Assembly (NCBI GenBank): GCA_963808245.1
Contig: CAWEES010000002.1
Coordinates: forward strand, 113,676 to 177,675
Source: an uncultured Bacteroidota bacterium
GTDB lineage: Bacteria > Bacteroidota > Ignavibacteria > Kryptoniales > JAKASW01
DNA: 64,000 nt
Direction of reading: 5' to 3'
The notes under the pieces were generated by a model that was not told the origin of the DNA, searched no databases, and saw only the letters and a program-made list of their open reading frames with translations. The position numbers were made by a program, and so were the translations under genes. Below are positions 41,633 through 51,253 of this stretch, one piece after another. The stretch's first letter is position 1; the number at the start of each line of letters is the position of its first letter.

Positions 41633-43948
41633 ATGACTTTGAGTGATTCACAGGTACCTGATCGTACAGAAGAAAAAGAATCAATCTCAACAACTCTTAA
41701 GCACTGCCCGTCTTGCTACGGAGAGGTAAAAGCCGACGCGGTCAAGTGCGAACATTGCGGCAGATTGCTTTCATCTGGATCGACCCCGATTGAGAACAAC
41801 CCTGAGTCAAATGTCAAAGTTGCTCTTGCCTCAAAGTACGAGATAGTTGAAAGCCTTGGTAAAGGCGAGGTATGCACCGTCTACAGGGCTATCCATCGTG
41901 ATCTGAATAAAGAAGTTGCTCTTGAGATCCTTCCACATCATTTGGCACAAAGCCGGGAGTACGTCGATCGTTTTCACAGAGAGGCACATGCCGCTTCCGT
42001 TCTAAATCATCCAAACATCACTAAAATATTTGATGAAGGAGTCGAAAATGGAGTCCACTTCATCGCCGTAGAGTATCTCGACGGAACAGACCTTCACACA
42101 CTGATTATGTGGAAGGGAAGACTTGACTCCGAAGAGTCGGTAAATATCATTACCCCAGCCGTTGAAGCTCTCGCTTATGCCCATGAGAGAGGAATTTTAC
42201 ACAGAGATATTAGAAGCTCAAACATTATGGTGACTGATATGGGGAGATCGGTCTTGACAGATTTTTGGATCGACCATGCCTTCAGAGGTGCCAAACTAGC
42301 TCAAGCTGCAAGAGTTATCGGCACATTAGAATATATGAGCCCGGAGCAAGCAGAGGGTAAGGAACTTGGACGAAGCAGCAATATTTATTGCCTTGGGATA
42401 GTCCTCTATGAGGCATTGACCGGAAAGGTTCCATTCACGGGCGGGAACCCATTCACAACGGTGGGTAAAATAATCAATAGCCCTCCGGTCCCGCCAAGGC
42501 AGATTTCTCCTTCGATACCAATCTGGATGGAAGAAATCATTCTCAAGTGTCTTGCAAAAAAACCTGAGAACCGATTCTCAAGTGCTGCAGAGTTGGCCGG
42601 TGTACTGCTGAGAAGCATGCACCCAACTGCGGCCACAATGCTTCAACCATCTTCAGACGCAATTCCAATTGTTCATCCGAAGGAAAAAGAGCATGAAAAA
42701 AAGGAAAAGCCGAAAAGAAAAGGGCCGATCACTATCGTGCCCAAGTCCTCTTCCGAGTCAATTCAAATTCTCCAACCAGGAAAAGAACAAATTGAAGAGC
42801 CGTCTGAGATAAGAAAGGAAAAACGTAACTGGCGGATTCCGACTAAGGCCTTCTTCAAGGTTGTCGTTCCCCTCATGGCTGTAGGAGTGGCTATTGCTCT
42901 TATACTCAACCACCCGTCTTTTTTACATCTTAAAATGGGAAACTCTGTACCATCGCCTGTCAACAAAACTAGATCCGAGATCCCTGTTGTTACCCGAATA
43001 ACCAAGACTCAGCAAACACAACCCTCTAATTCCACGCCTGATAAAAATCGGGCACTCATTAGTGCGCCGGGCTCAGCTAAACAAGGAACAATAAACCCAA
43101 GCGGTGTGCCTAATAAAATAATTTCCACAAGTCAAGAGGCAAACGCATCAAAGGAAACCGCTGAGCGAACACCGAATCTGCCCAAAACAATAGCTGACAA
43201 AAAGGGGCAGCCAGTAGTTCAACCTTTAGCGCCGGATAAAGTGGAACGTCAAAGTCAACTTAATAGTATTCAATGGACTTTCGTTGAAGGCGGGACATTT
43301 CAGATGGGAAGCAATGATTACCCTTATACAAAGCCTGTACATTCTGTCAAGGTTTCTGGCTTTCATATGAGCACAACAGAAATAACGTTTGACCAATACG
43401 ACAAATTCTGCGACGCTACCCATACCAAGAAGCCAAACGATAATGGATGGGGAAGGGGAAAAATGCCGGTTGTCAACGTAAGCTGGAACGATGCTTTGGC
43501 TTATTGCCGATGGATGTCAGACCAAACTGGGAAGACGATTCGTCTCCCTTCAGAAGCTGAATATGAATTTGCGGCACGAGGCGGAAATAAAAGTGAAGGG
43601 TCTCAATACAGCGGTACCGACAATATTGGGTGGACTGCCTGGTATATTGGAAACTCAGGCGGCATACCACATGAAGTTGGTACAAAGGCACCTAATGCAC
43701 TTGGCTTATATGACATGAGTGGAAACGTGTGGGAATGGTGTGAGGATTGGTACCACCAATCGTATGACAAGGCTCCCGCAGACGGAAGCGCCTGGAAAGT
43801 TGAAGATCGTTATAACCCGTATAGGGTCGTGCGCGGTGGCTCGGCGAAGGGTGCGAGCTACTGTAGCTTGGTTTCGTTCCGATTCTTTCTCCTTCCATAC
43901 TTCAGGGACAACGTCATCGGGTTTCGTTGCGTTCAGGAAGCAAAGTGA
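41633..43948 (+). CDS. membrane receptor: zinc ribbon + degenerate Ser/Thr protein-kinase domain + TM helix + C-terminal FGE-sulfatase (SUMF1-like) domain
   Basis: Zinc ribbon [19 protein letters not shown]. Hanks-type kinase fold with altered catalytic motifs (details in findings). One hydrophobic helix, [22 protein letters not shown]-sulfatase motifs [37 protein letters not shown] and RVVRGGS. Confidence 0.8.
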   Translation: MTLSDSQVPDRTEEKESISTTLKHCPSCYGEVKADAVKCEHCGRLLSSGSTPIENNPESNVKVALASKYEIVESLGKGEVCTVYRAIHRDLNKEVALEILPHHLAQSREYVDRFHREAHAASVLNHPNITKIFDEGVENGVHFIAVEYLDGTDLHTLIMWKGRLDSEESVNIITPAVEALAYAHERGILHRDIRSSNIMVTDMGRSVLTDFWIDHAFRGAKLAQAARVIGTLEYMSPEQAEGKELGRSSNIYCLGIVLYEALTGKVPFTGGNPFTTVGKIINSPPVPPRQISPSIPIWMEEIILKCLAKKPENRFSSAAELAGVLLRSMHPTAATMLQPSSDAIPIVHPKEKEHEKKEKPKRKGPITIVPKSSSESIQILQPGKEQIEEPSEIRKEKRNWRIPTKAFFKVVVPLMAVGVAIALILNHPSFLHLKMGNSVPSPVNKTRSEIPVVTRITKTQQTQPSNSTPDKNRALISAPGSAKQGTINPSGVPNKIISTSQEANASKETAERTPNLPKTIADKKGQPVVQPLAPDKVERQSQLNSIQWTFVEGGTFQMGSNDYPYTKPVHSVKVSGFHMSTTEITFDQYDKFCDATHTKKPNDNGWGRGKMPVVNVSWNDALAYCRWMSDQTGKTIRLPSEAEYEFAARGGNKSEGSQYSGTDNIGWTAWYIGNSGGIPHEVGTKAPNALGLYDMSGNVWEWCEDWYHQSYDKAPADGSAWKVEDRYNPYRVVRGGSAKGASYCSLVSFRFFLLPYFRDNVIGFRCVQEAK

Positions 43949-44070
43949 TGGTAAAGAATGCGTTCTTCTCCGCCAACTCAGATTCTGCAAAAAGAGAGGC
44001 TATCAGTTCTCGCCGCTCAGTTTGCAATTTACTCGATAATTTCATAGATTTAAGCATAAAAGGAGAACCA

Positions 44071-44292
44071 ATGCGAACCGGAATCCACCCTAAATATCAT
44101 ATAGTGACAGTAACCTGTGTTTGTGGCAATACATTCCAAACTCGTTCAACGGAACCTGGTCAGTTTTTAAAAGTAGAAATTTGCTCGAGTTGCCATCCAT
44201 TCTTTACGGGTAAACAAAAACTTATTGACTCTGCTGGTCGTGTTGAAAAGTTTATGCGTAAGTATGGAAAGAAGGCCGAAGCTGAAGCCTAA
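44071..44292 (+). CDS. rpmE: 50S ribosomal protein L31
   Basis: [10 protein letters not shown]...CxC...[13 protein letters not shown]...[12 protein letters not shown] strong SD (AAAGGAGA) lies 5-12 nt upstream of the ATG at 44071. The longer track ORF from 43927 is an artefactual 5' extension. Confidence 0.92.
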   Translation: MRTGIHPKYHIVTVTCVCGNTFQTRSTEPGQFLKVEICSSCHPFFTGKQKLIDSAGRVEKFMRKYGKKAEAEA

Positions 44293-44316
44293 TCCTTCAT
44301 TCGGCCTTGTTATTTT
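44272..44316 (+). terminator. terminator-like hairpin at the rpmE 3' end
   Basis: A 9-bp stem AAGGCCGAA (44272-44280) / TTCGGCCTT (44300-44308) followed by GTTATTTT. The 19-nt loop contains the stop codon. Confidence 0.55.
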
Positions 44317-44511
44317 CAGGAAGATTTTCAAAAAAGATCAAGTGGAGTAAACCAAATACTTAATTCATGATTTAACAAAATAGACCCATATAACTAAATC
44401 AAATGATGATTATTTTTGTTTGATTCAAAGTTGTCAAGGCACAAATTAACCAACGGGTATGCAGGTGTTTTGGCAGTAGGAGATGTAAAGGAAACACAGG
44501 GGGACGCAGAG

Positions 44512-45900
44512 ATGGAAAGTTCCAAGAACAACAAAAGTTATCCAAAAGAAAATTCCGACATTGTATTGTACCAAACCGCCCGCGAGATGGCAATTAAGGT
44601 ATTGAACAGGGTTGAAAGAACGGATTCTTACCTTGATAAACTTTTAGACTTTGAATTAAGAAATCCCGACTTAAGCAGGTTAGACAAATCCTTCCTTACG
44701 GAATTAGTTAATGGCACTGTCAGATGGAAGATGAGATTGGATTATGCGATAGCACAATTCTACAGGGGAGACTTCTCAAGGTTTGAAATAAATATCAAGA
44801 ATGCCCTGAGAATTGCAATGTACCAGTTAATGTTTTTGGAACGAATTCCTCAATCGGCGGCTGTTAATGAAGCAGTTGAATTCGTAAAAAAACTTCGCGG
44901 GCAAGAAGTAGCAAACCTCATAAACGCCGTTCTAAGATATGCCGTAAGAAATATAAAGAATATAGAGTACCCGGCTGTCGATGAAGATCCCATAAAAGCG
45001 CTTTCGACAATTCAGTCATTTCCTCCGTGGCTCGTCAGGCGATTCATCGACAGGTTCGGTGTTTATGAAACAGAGCAGCTTTTAGCTGCGCTTAACGATA
45101 GACCGCGGTTATCTATCAGGGTAAACCCTCTAAAAGGTTCCGCAGATCAATTGGCTTCCGAGTTTGAACAGAAAGGGCTGCTTGTCGATCGTGGAAAGTT
45201 TATTCCAAACTTTCTATACGTAGAAGGTTTATCGCGAATCTCCGAATTAGATTCGTTCCGTGAAGGAAGGTTTGTGGTACAGGATGAGAGCTCCGGAATT
45301 GTTTCTATTCTCCTCGATCCGAAGCCGGGAGAAAGAATTCTCGACGTTTGTTCAGCGCCTGGCGGAAAAACGTCTCACATTCTTGAATTGACAGGAGGCA
45401 ATGTTGACCTAGTTTCTGTCGAAAAATATGAGAACCGTGCGGCACTCATACAAAATTTACTGGACAGGATGGGGTATGACAAACCGGAGATCGTTGTAGG
45501 AGATGCGGCTACTTACGTTAATCCCGATCCTTTCGATAAAATATTAATCGATGTGCCTTGCACGGGATTCGGTGTAATAAGAAAAAAACCCGACTCAAAG
45601 TGGAAGAGAGAGCCGGAGGATATCAAACAGTTGAATGAAATCCAGTCTTTGATTTTCGAAAACGTCTCTAAGTTACTAAAACCGAATGGCGTAATAGTTT
45701 ACAGCACATGTACTATTGAATTGGAAGAGAATCAGTCGATTGTGAAAGCATTTCTAGCCCGCCATCCGGAATTTGTATTGGAGCCTGCAGACGCATTTGT
45801 CAATCGCGCTCTCGTTAGCCGTGAAGGATTCGTAGAGATTTTTCCACATAGACACGACACGGATGGTGGCTTCGCCGCCCGGATCCGTAAAACTGCTTAA
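44512..45900 (+). CDS. rsmB: 16S rRNA (cytosine-C5)-methyltransferase RsmB/Sun
   Basis: NusB-like N-terminal domain. FVVQDESS, SAM site DVCSAPGGKT, catalytic Cys motifs DVPCTGFGVIRKKPD and YSTCT. I prefer the ATG at 44512. Confidence 0.85.
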   Translation: MESSKNNKSYPKENSDIVLYQTAREMAIKVLNRVERTDSYLDKLLDFELRNPDLSRLDKSFLTELVNGTVRWKMRLDYAIAQFYRGDFSRFEINIKNALRIAMYQLMFLERIPQSAAVNEAVEFVKKLRGQEVANLINAVLRYAVRNIKNIEYPAVDEDPIKALSTIQSFPPWLVRRFIDRFGVYETEQLLAALNDRPRLSIRVNPLKGSADQLASEFEQKGLLVDRGKFIPNFLYVEGLSRISELDSFREGRFVVQDESSGIVSILLDPKPGERILDVCSAPGGKTSHILELTGGNVDLVSVEKYENRAALIQNLLDRMGYDKPEIVVGDAATYVNPDPFDKILIDVPCTGFGVIRKKPDSKWKREPEDIKQLNEIQSLIFENVSKLLKPNGVIVYSTCTIELEENQSIVKAFLARHPEFVLEPADAFVNRALVSREGFVEIFPHRHDTDGGFAARIRKTA

Positions 45901-45918
45901 TTCTATTTCAGAAGTTTC

Positions 45919-45949
45919 TTGTAATGAAAACAACTCTTTAATAACTTTG
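45919..45949 (+). promoter_or_regulatory. candidate Bacteroidetes/FCB-type promoter for the aldolase gene (TTG-N20-TAACTTTG)
   Basis: TTG at 45919-45921 and TAACTTTG at 45942-45949 fit the reported Bacteroidetes sigma-A pattern TTTG-N19-21-TAnnTTTG. The site sits 26 nt upstream of the ATG. This is motif matching only. Confidence 0.3.
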
Positions 45950-45974
45950 TAATGAAAACATTTTGGAGGTTTAA

Positions 45975-47324
45975 ATGATTAAGAACGTTGACGAACTTAA
46001 AACTAATTTACAAGGTGTCGTCGAGGTAGACGGCTGGCAGAAGCTGAAGGTTTCTAATGCTGAAAAACTTCGAAGTTCCGTGATAGATACTCTCGTTTAT
46101 GAATCGGTTTTCAATCCGAGCGAAGAAGTGAAGACCAAGATTCGATGGTTGATCCGCGAACTTGCGAGAAGCCTTGGTGCAGGCTCGGCTTCGATTCAAG
46201 GACTCTATTCCGCATACGGACGGGGTGAAGTATCCGGCTTTACTGTCCCCGCAGTTAACGTGCGCGGAATTACTTACGATTTTGCGCGGGCTATGTTCAG
46301 AGTTGCAAAGAAAAACAACATCGGTCCTTTCGTATTCGAGATCGCGAAATCAGAGATGGGATACACCGAACAGCGACCGGCTGAATATTCAGCCTGCGTA
46401 TTAGCCGCGGCGGTAAAGGAAAATTATTCGGGGCCGGTATTCATTCAAGGCGATCACTTCCAATTTAATGCAAAGAAGTTTGCTCAAGATCCTCAAAAGG
46501 AAATTGAATCTTTAAAATCTCTTATCAAGGAAGCAATCGCTGCTGAATTCTACAACATAGATATCGATTCTTCGACACTTGTTGATCTCAGCAAAAAGAC
46601 AATTGAAGAACAGCAACGCAACAATTTCGAGTTAGCTGCGGAACTGACTGCATTGATCAGGGAAATCGAACCCAAAGGCGTGACCGTCTCGGTTGGCGGT
46701 GAAATCGGGGAAGTGGGCGGAAAGAATTCAACACCGGAGGAATTCCGTGCTTACATGCAGGGCTACGTTAAAGCTCTAAACTCAAAAAGAACCGGCGCTA
46801 CAACAATAAGCAAGATCAGCGTCCAAACCGGATCGAGTCATGGCGGAGTACCGCTGCCGGATGGTTCGGTTGCTCAAGTCAAGATTGATTTTAGCGTCCT
46901 CGAATCAATTTCCAAAATTGCGCGAAAAGAATATGGCATGGCAGGAGCCGTGCAGCATGGCGCATCCACTTTACCAGAAGAACTTTTCGACAAGTTCCCG
47001 GGTGTCGGAACAGCCGAAATTCATCTCGCAACCGGGTTTCAAAACCTGTTATTCGATATCTTCCCGAAGGATTTCAGAGAGACCATTTACGATTATCTAA
47101 GGAAGAACTGCGCAGACGAAAAGAAACCCGACCTGACAGATGAGCAGTTCATTTACAAGACGCGGAAGAAAGCCTTCGGACCTTTCAAGCAGCAAATGTG
47201 GAATCTTGGCAAGGACTGGTTCTCGAAAGCGAACTTAGAACTTGAGAAGCGATTTGAGTTTTTGTTCCTGAAACTCAACACAAAAGATACAAAGAATACC
47301 GTCAACAAGTACGTCAAAGTCTAA
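45975..47324 (+). CDS. class II fructose/ketose-bisphosphate aldolase family protein (long form)
   Basis: PAVNVRG, GDHFQ (metal His), NIDIDSS, GGEIGEVGG, QTGSSHGG and VQHGASTLP correspond to the class II aldolase barrel motifs. SD GGAGG upstream. Confidence 0.7.
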   Translation: MIKNVDELKTNLQGVVEVDGWQKLKVSNAEKLRSSVIDTLVYESVFNPSEEVKTKIRWLIRELARSLGAGSASIQGLYSAYGRGEVSGFTVPAVNVRGITYDFARAMFRVAKKNNIGPFVFEIAKSEMGYTEQRPAEYSACVLAAAVKENYSGPVFIQGDHFQFNAKKFAQDPQKEIESLKSLIKEAIAAEFYNIDIDSSTLVDLSKKTIEEQQRNNFELAAELTALIREIEPKGVTVSVGGEIGEVGGKNSTPEEFRAYMQGYVKALNSKRTGATTISKISVQTGSSHGGVPLPDGSVAQVKIDFSVLESISKIARKEYGMAGAVQHGASTLPEELFDKFPGVGTAEIHLATGFQNLLFDIFPKDFRETIYDYLRKNCADEKKPDLTDEQFIYKTRKKAFGPFKQQMWNLGKDWFSKANLELEKRFEFLFLKLNTKDTKNTVNKYVKV

Positions 47325-47347
47325 TCCCGAAGGGATCGCTTGGCCGA

Positions 47348-48727
47348 TTGACGCAAAAATCATCGCAAGAAAAATCCAGGGCGGCGATAAGTTCTGTAAT
47401 CGCCGCCATTTTTCTTACTGCCTTCAAGCTTACGGTCGGAATTTTTTCAGGCAGCCTCGGCATTCTAAGTGAAGCTGCCCATTCCGGTTTCGATCTTCTT
47501 GCGGCTGTTACGACTATGTTTACCATCAAGGCATCGGATAAGCCTGCGGACATTGAACATCACTACGGCCACGGTAAATTTGAGAATATCTCGGCACTCT
47601 TCGAAACCGTTCTCCTGCTATTAACCTGTTTCCTCATTGGAAGAGAAGCCATCTCCAGACTTTTTTTTAAGAAGGTCGCAATCGATATTACCACATGGAG
47701 CTTCGTAGTAATGCTCACTTCGATTGCGGTGGATTTAACCAGATCCAGAATTCTTTCACGCGCCGCAAAGAAATACCACAGCCAGGCTCTCGAGGCAGAT
47801 GCCCTTCATTTTTCTACAGACATGCTTAGTTCCAGCGTTGTAATTTTGGGTTTGATCGGTGTAAAATTTGGACTCGACTTCGCCGACCCGGTCGCCTCGC
47901 TTGGAGTCGCTATAATAATTGTATTCATAAGTCTCAGGCTCGGAAAGAGAACTGTTGATGTTTTGGTTGACCGAAGTCCTGAATCGACCTTAGTGGTCGA
48001 CATACGGGCGGCGGCTTTAAGCATAAGAGAGGTCGAAGAAGTGAGGAGTCTAAGAGTAAGAGATTCCGGAGGTAAGATTTTTGTCGATATGATTGTAGGA
48101 TTACCGAGGCTTCTTCCTTTTGAGAATGCCCATGCGCTGGTCGATGAAATCGAAAGCAAAGTACGCAGTGTGAGGGAAGGGATAGACGTTGTCGTACATG
48201 CTGAACCTGTTCGTACCAGCAAGGAGACCGTAGTCGACAAAATAAAATTCGCTTCAGAGAAAGCTGAGTGTGATGTCCACGAAATTGAAGTCTTCTCAAC
48301 CCCAACCGGATTTGTGGTTGATTTACATTTAGAAGTCAAAGATGCGGAGACAATTGAGTCGGCCCATCACAAGGCAGACATGCTGGAAAATGCAATTCGC
48401 AAACAGGTCGAAAATGTCGACCAGGTATATGTTCACATCGACAAGCTATTGGTGAAACCGAAACGCGCGACGATTCCAAATTTCCATTCTACGGATATTC
48501 CGGCAAAATTACTGGAATATGTCAGGTGTAAGCCCGGAGTTGCAAAATGTGGCAATCTGAATTTTACAGAAAGCGAGTCAGGCGTAAGGGTGGCGATGGT
48601 TTGCCAATTTGATGAAACTTTTTCGCTCGAAGACACGGTTAAGATGGTTAATGAACTTGAGATGGATATCGTAAGAGAATTTCCGATAATTTCCAGGGTT
48701 ATCATTCACCAAGAGCCACTATCTTGA
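47348..48727 (+). CDS. cation diffusion facilitator (CDF) transporter with triplicated C-terminal cytoplasmic domain
   Basis: CDF TMD (SEAAHSGFDLLA, HHYGHGKFE, ALHFSTDMLSS) followed by three consecutive ZT_dimer-like modules, ending in VVVHAEP, VYVHID and VIIHQEP. TTG start. Confidence 0.8.
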   Translation: MTQKSSQEKSRAAISSVIAAIFLTAFKLTVGIFSGSLGILSEAAHSGFDLLAAVTTMFTIKASDKPADIEHHYGHGKFENISALFETVLLLLTCFLIGREAISRLFFKKVAIDITTWSFVVMLTSIAVDLTRSRILSRAAKKYHSQALEADALHFSTDMLSSSVVILGLIGVKFGLDFADPVASLGVAIIIVFISLRLGKRTVDVLVDRSPESTLVVDIRAAALSIREVEEVRSLRVRDSGGKIFVDMIVGLPRLLPFENAHALVDEIESKVRSVREGIDVVVHAEPVRTSKETVVDKIKFASEKAECDVHEIEVFSTPTGFVVDLHLEVKDAETIESAHHKADMLENAIRKQVENVDQVYVHIDKLLVKPKRATIPNFHSTDIPAKLLEYVRCKPGVAKCGNLNFTESESGVRVAMVCQFDETFSLEDTVKMVNELEMDIVREFPIISRVIIHQEPLS

Positions 48728-48734
48728 AGAAATT

Positions 48735-49913
48735 ATGAGACCATATTATACCGATCCATACACCGTTGATTTTGAAACTGAAGTAATTGAAATATTTCGA
48801 AAGGATGACAAACCAGCCGTGGTTTTGGATAACAGCTATTTTTATCCAACCTCAGGCGGACAGGAACATGATACAGGTTCCATAAACGGCGTCAACGTAA
48901 TCGATGTCGCGGAAGAAAACGGCAAGGTTATCCACTTATTATCAGGAGAAATAAAAGCAGGGAAGGTTAGCTGCAAAATCGATTGGTCGCGGCGATATGA
49001 GAACATGCAGCAACATACAGGTCAACATATTTTATCGGCCGCTTTCGAAAACCTCTATGGCATTCAAACAGTTTCCAGCCGGCTGGGCGAAAATATAGGC
49101 ACCGTCGACCTTTCGAGACAACCTTCTGTGGATGAGTTGCAAAAAGTGGTGGCATTGTCAAATAAAATCGTCCAGGAAAATCGGGAAGTCCTTATCCATT
49201 TTGCGGATAAGACAAATTTGAGCTCTTTCAAACTACGTAAGCCTCCTAAAGTCGATGGAACAATTCGGATAATCGAAGTAAAGGATTTCGATTTTTCACC
49301 TTGCGGGGGAACTCATTGCACACATTCCTCAGAAGTGGGTGTAATCCTTACCGGTAATATCGAGAAAGTTAAAGCCTCGCTGACCCGGATCGAATTTGCG
49401 TGCGGCAATAGAGCCGTTAAAAATTATTATGCTCTCCATAAGTCTATCTCCGAAAGCGCAAGACTCCTTTCCACGGTTGCCGTAGATTTGCCCGATGTAA
49501 TTGAAAAATTAAAGCACCAGATCCAGGAGAATGGAAATAAACTAAAGGAGTTATCAGAACGAATCCTTACAGATGTGTCTGAACGGTTGAAGCAACGTCT
49601 TGACAACTCTTCTGAGATACTTGATGTATTTGATCTAACGAGCGAAGTAACTTTGTCTGAAGAATTACGCTATGTTGCAAGTTATTTGTCGAAACAAACG
49701 ACAAAATCGTTTGCTGTATTCAAGAACGTAGAAAACCTTTGTCAGATGAATCTTAACCTATCGATAAGCAAAGCCGACTCTATAATGAATCAGCTTCGAC
49801 AAGATTTCAATGTTAAAGGAGGAGGTAGAAACGGTTTTTTCTCATTGAATTTCGATCGAGAGCGTTTTGCCGGCGTGATTGAGAAGATACGTGAGGAGAT
49901 CCGGAATGGCTGA
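48735..49913 (+). CDS. alaX: alanyl-tRNA editing protein, AlaX-L type (tRNA_SAD + DHHA1-like C-terminus)
   Basis: Zinc-binding editing motifs HTGQHILS and CGGTHC. C-terminal GGGRNGF segment, as in the AlaRS C-terminal domain. Confidence 0.75.
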   Translation: MRPYYTDPYTVDFETEVIEIFRKDDKPAVVLDNSYFYPTSGGQEHDTGSINGVNVIDVAEENGKVIHLLSGEIKAGKVSCKIDWSRRYENMQQHTGQHILSAAFENLYGIQTVSSRLGENIGTVDLSRQPSVDELQKVVALSNKIVQENREVLIHFADKTNLSSFKLRKPPKVDGTIRIIEVKDFDFSPCGGTHCTHSSEVGVILTGNIEKVKASLTRIEFACGNRAVKNYYALHKSISESARLLSTVAVDLPDVIEKLKHQIQENGNKLKELSERILTDVSERLKQRLDNSSEILDVFDLTSEVTLSEELRYVASYLSKQTTKSFAVFKNVENLCQMNLNLSISKADSIMNQLRQDFNVKGGGRNGFFSLNFDRERFAGVIEKIREEIRNG

Positions 49914-50181
49914 TGCAGGCGCACATTTGTTCGTGAGCGGAATAGTGCAGGGGGTTGGTTACCGTTTTTTCGCGATTCGAAAAGCCAGCCTATATGGAAT
50001 TAGAGGTTTCGTAAAAAACCTGATCGATGGAAGAGTCGAAGTTGTTGCCGAAGGTGAGAGAGGTTTGATTGAAGAATTTATCAAAGACTTGAGGCGTGGA
50101 CCTATGTCAGCTCATATTACTGATATTAGGATCGAATGGACAATTCCCACTTATAAATTTGAAGGATTTCAAAGCCTATGA
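49906..50181 (+). CDS. acyP: acylphosphatase
   Basis: [13 protein letters not shown]...[21 protein letters not shown] signature. The ATG at 49906 overlaps the alaX stop (ATGGCTGA). Confidence 0.85.
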   Translation: MADAGAHLFVSGIVQGVGYRFFAIRKASLYGIRGFVKNLIDGRVEVVAEGERGLIEEFIKDLRRGPMSAHITDIRIEWTIPTYKFEGFQSL

Positions 50182-50645
50182 GAATTGGATTCGGATTTGA
50201 TGCTCATGAACTCATCGAGAAGAAGCCGCTCAAATTAGGAGGCGTGATTATTGCATTTCATTCAGGTCTTCGAGGCCATTCTGATGGGGATGTGGTGCTT
50301 CACGCGTTGAGTGACGCAATACTTGGAGCCTGCGCTAAGGGAGATATCGGAATTTATTTTCGCGACGATGAAAAGAAAAACGAAGGTATCGACAGCAAGT
50401 TGATATTAAAATTTGCTTTGAAAGCCGCCGCCGAAAGTAATCTAAAGTCAAAGAACATCGACATCGTAATAGTTGCCGACGAACCTAAATTAAGTTCCAA
50501 TTACGAATTAATTCGGGATTCAATTTCCAAGGAATCCGATATTCCGATCTCCGATGTTTCGGTCAAATCGAAAACTACTGAAGGAACAATGATCGGGAAA
50601 AATGCCATCGGTTGCTTCGCCTTGGTCTTGATGGACGAACAGTGA
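50178..50645 (+). CDS. ispF: 2-C-methyl-D-erythritol 2,4-cyclodiphosphate synthase
   Basis: [37 protein letters not shown]. The start overlaps the acyP stop (ATGA). Confidence 0.92.
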   Translation: MRIGFGFDAHELIEKKPLKLGGVIIAFHSGLRGHSDGDVVLHALSDAILGACAKGDIGIYFRDDEKKNEGIDSKLILKFALKAAAESNLKSKNIDIVIVADEPKLSSNYELIRDSISKESDIPISDVSVKSKTTEGTMIGKNAIGCFALVLMDEQ

Positions 50646-51253
50646 CCCACTTAGAGCACTTATTTACACTTCTGAACAATACCGCTCCGATTTACCTTTA
50701 CTTGAGTTTATTCTTCTTTGCTTTTCTAGAAAATCTTTTCCCGCCGTCGCCAAGTGATTTGGTCATAGCTTTCGGGGGGTCCCTCGTTGGCCTCGGCAAA
50801 CTCAATGTTTTTACAGCAATATTCTTTTCGACTCTCGGAAGCACAGCTGGATTTATTCTCATGTATTACATAGGATTTTTCCTCGGTAGAGAGTTGATTG
50901 ATTCCGGCAAAATAAAATTTCTACCGGTCGATAAGATAAAAACCGTCGAAGGCTGGTTCATAAAATATGGGTATGGAATTGTTGTCGCGAATCGATTCCT
51001 TTCCGGCACGCGGGCGGTGATTTCATTCTTTGTCGGGCTTTCCGAATTATCAATTGCGATCACCTTGCCCCTTTGCGCTTTAAGCGCGCTTCTTTGGAAC
51101 ACGATTCTAATCATGGGCGGTTCTATCCTTGGCCACAATTGGAAACAATTGGAACACTATCTTGACATTTATGGAACGATAGTCGGGATAATTATTTTAT
51201 TAGCGATTGTATTCATAGTTGTCCGTTATGTTCGCAGGCAAAAACATGCTTAA
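50642..51253 (+). CDS. DedA/VTT-family membrane protein
   Basis: FLENLFPPSPSD...GG and RFLSGTRAVISFFVG motifs, with 4-5 hydrophobic helices. I prefer the GTG at 50642, which overlaps the ispF stop (GTGA). The track start at 50612 would be an in-gene overlap. Confidence 0.7.
   Translation: MTHLEHLFTLLNNTAPIYLYLSLFFFAFLENLFPPSPSDLVIAFGGSLVGLGKLNVFTAIFFSTLGSTAGFILMYYIGFFLGRELIDSGKIKFLPVDKIKTVEGWFIKYGYGIVVANRFLSGTRAVISFFVGLSELSIAITLPLCALSALLWNTILIMGGSILGHNWKQLEHYLDIYGTIVGIIILLAIVFIVVRYVRRQKHA

Noticed and set aside
43927-44070. A 48-codon 5' extension of the rpmE ORF in the track (43927-44292, 121 aa) that overlaps the 3' end of the kinase gene.
   Set aside because: L31 homology begins exactly at the M at 44071, which has a strong AAAGGAGA SD. 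The extension has no homology and would overlap the upstream CDS.
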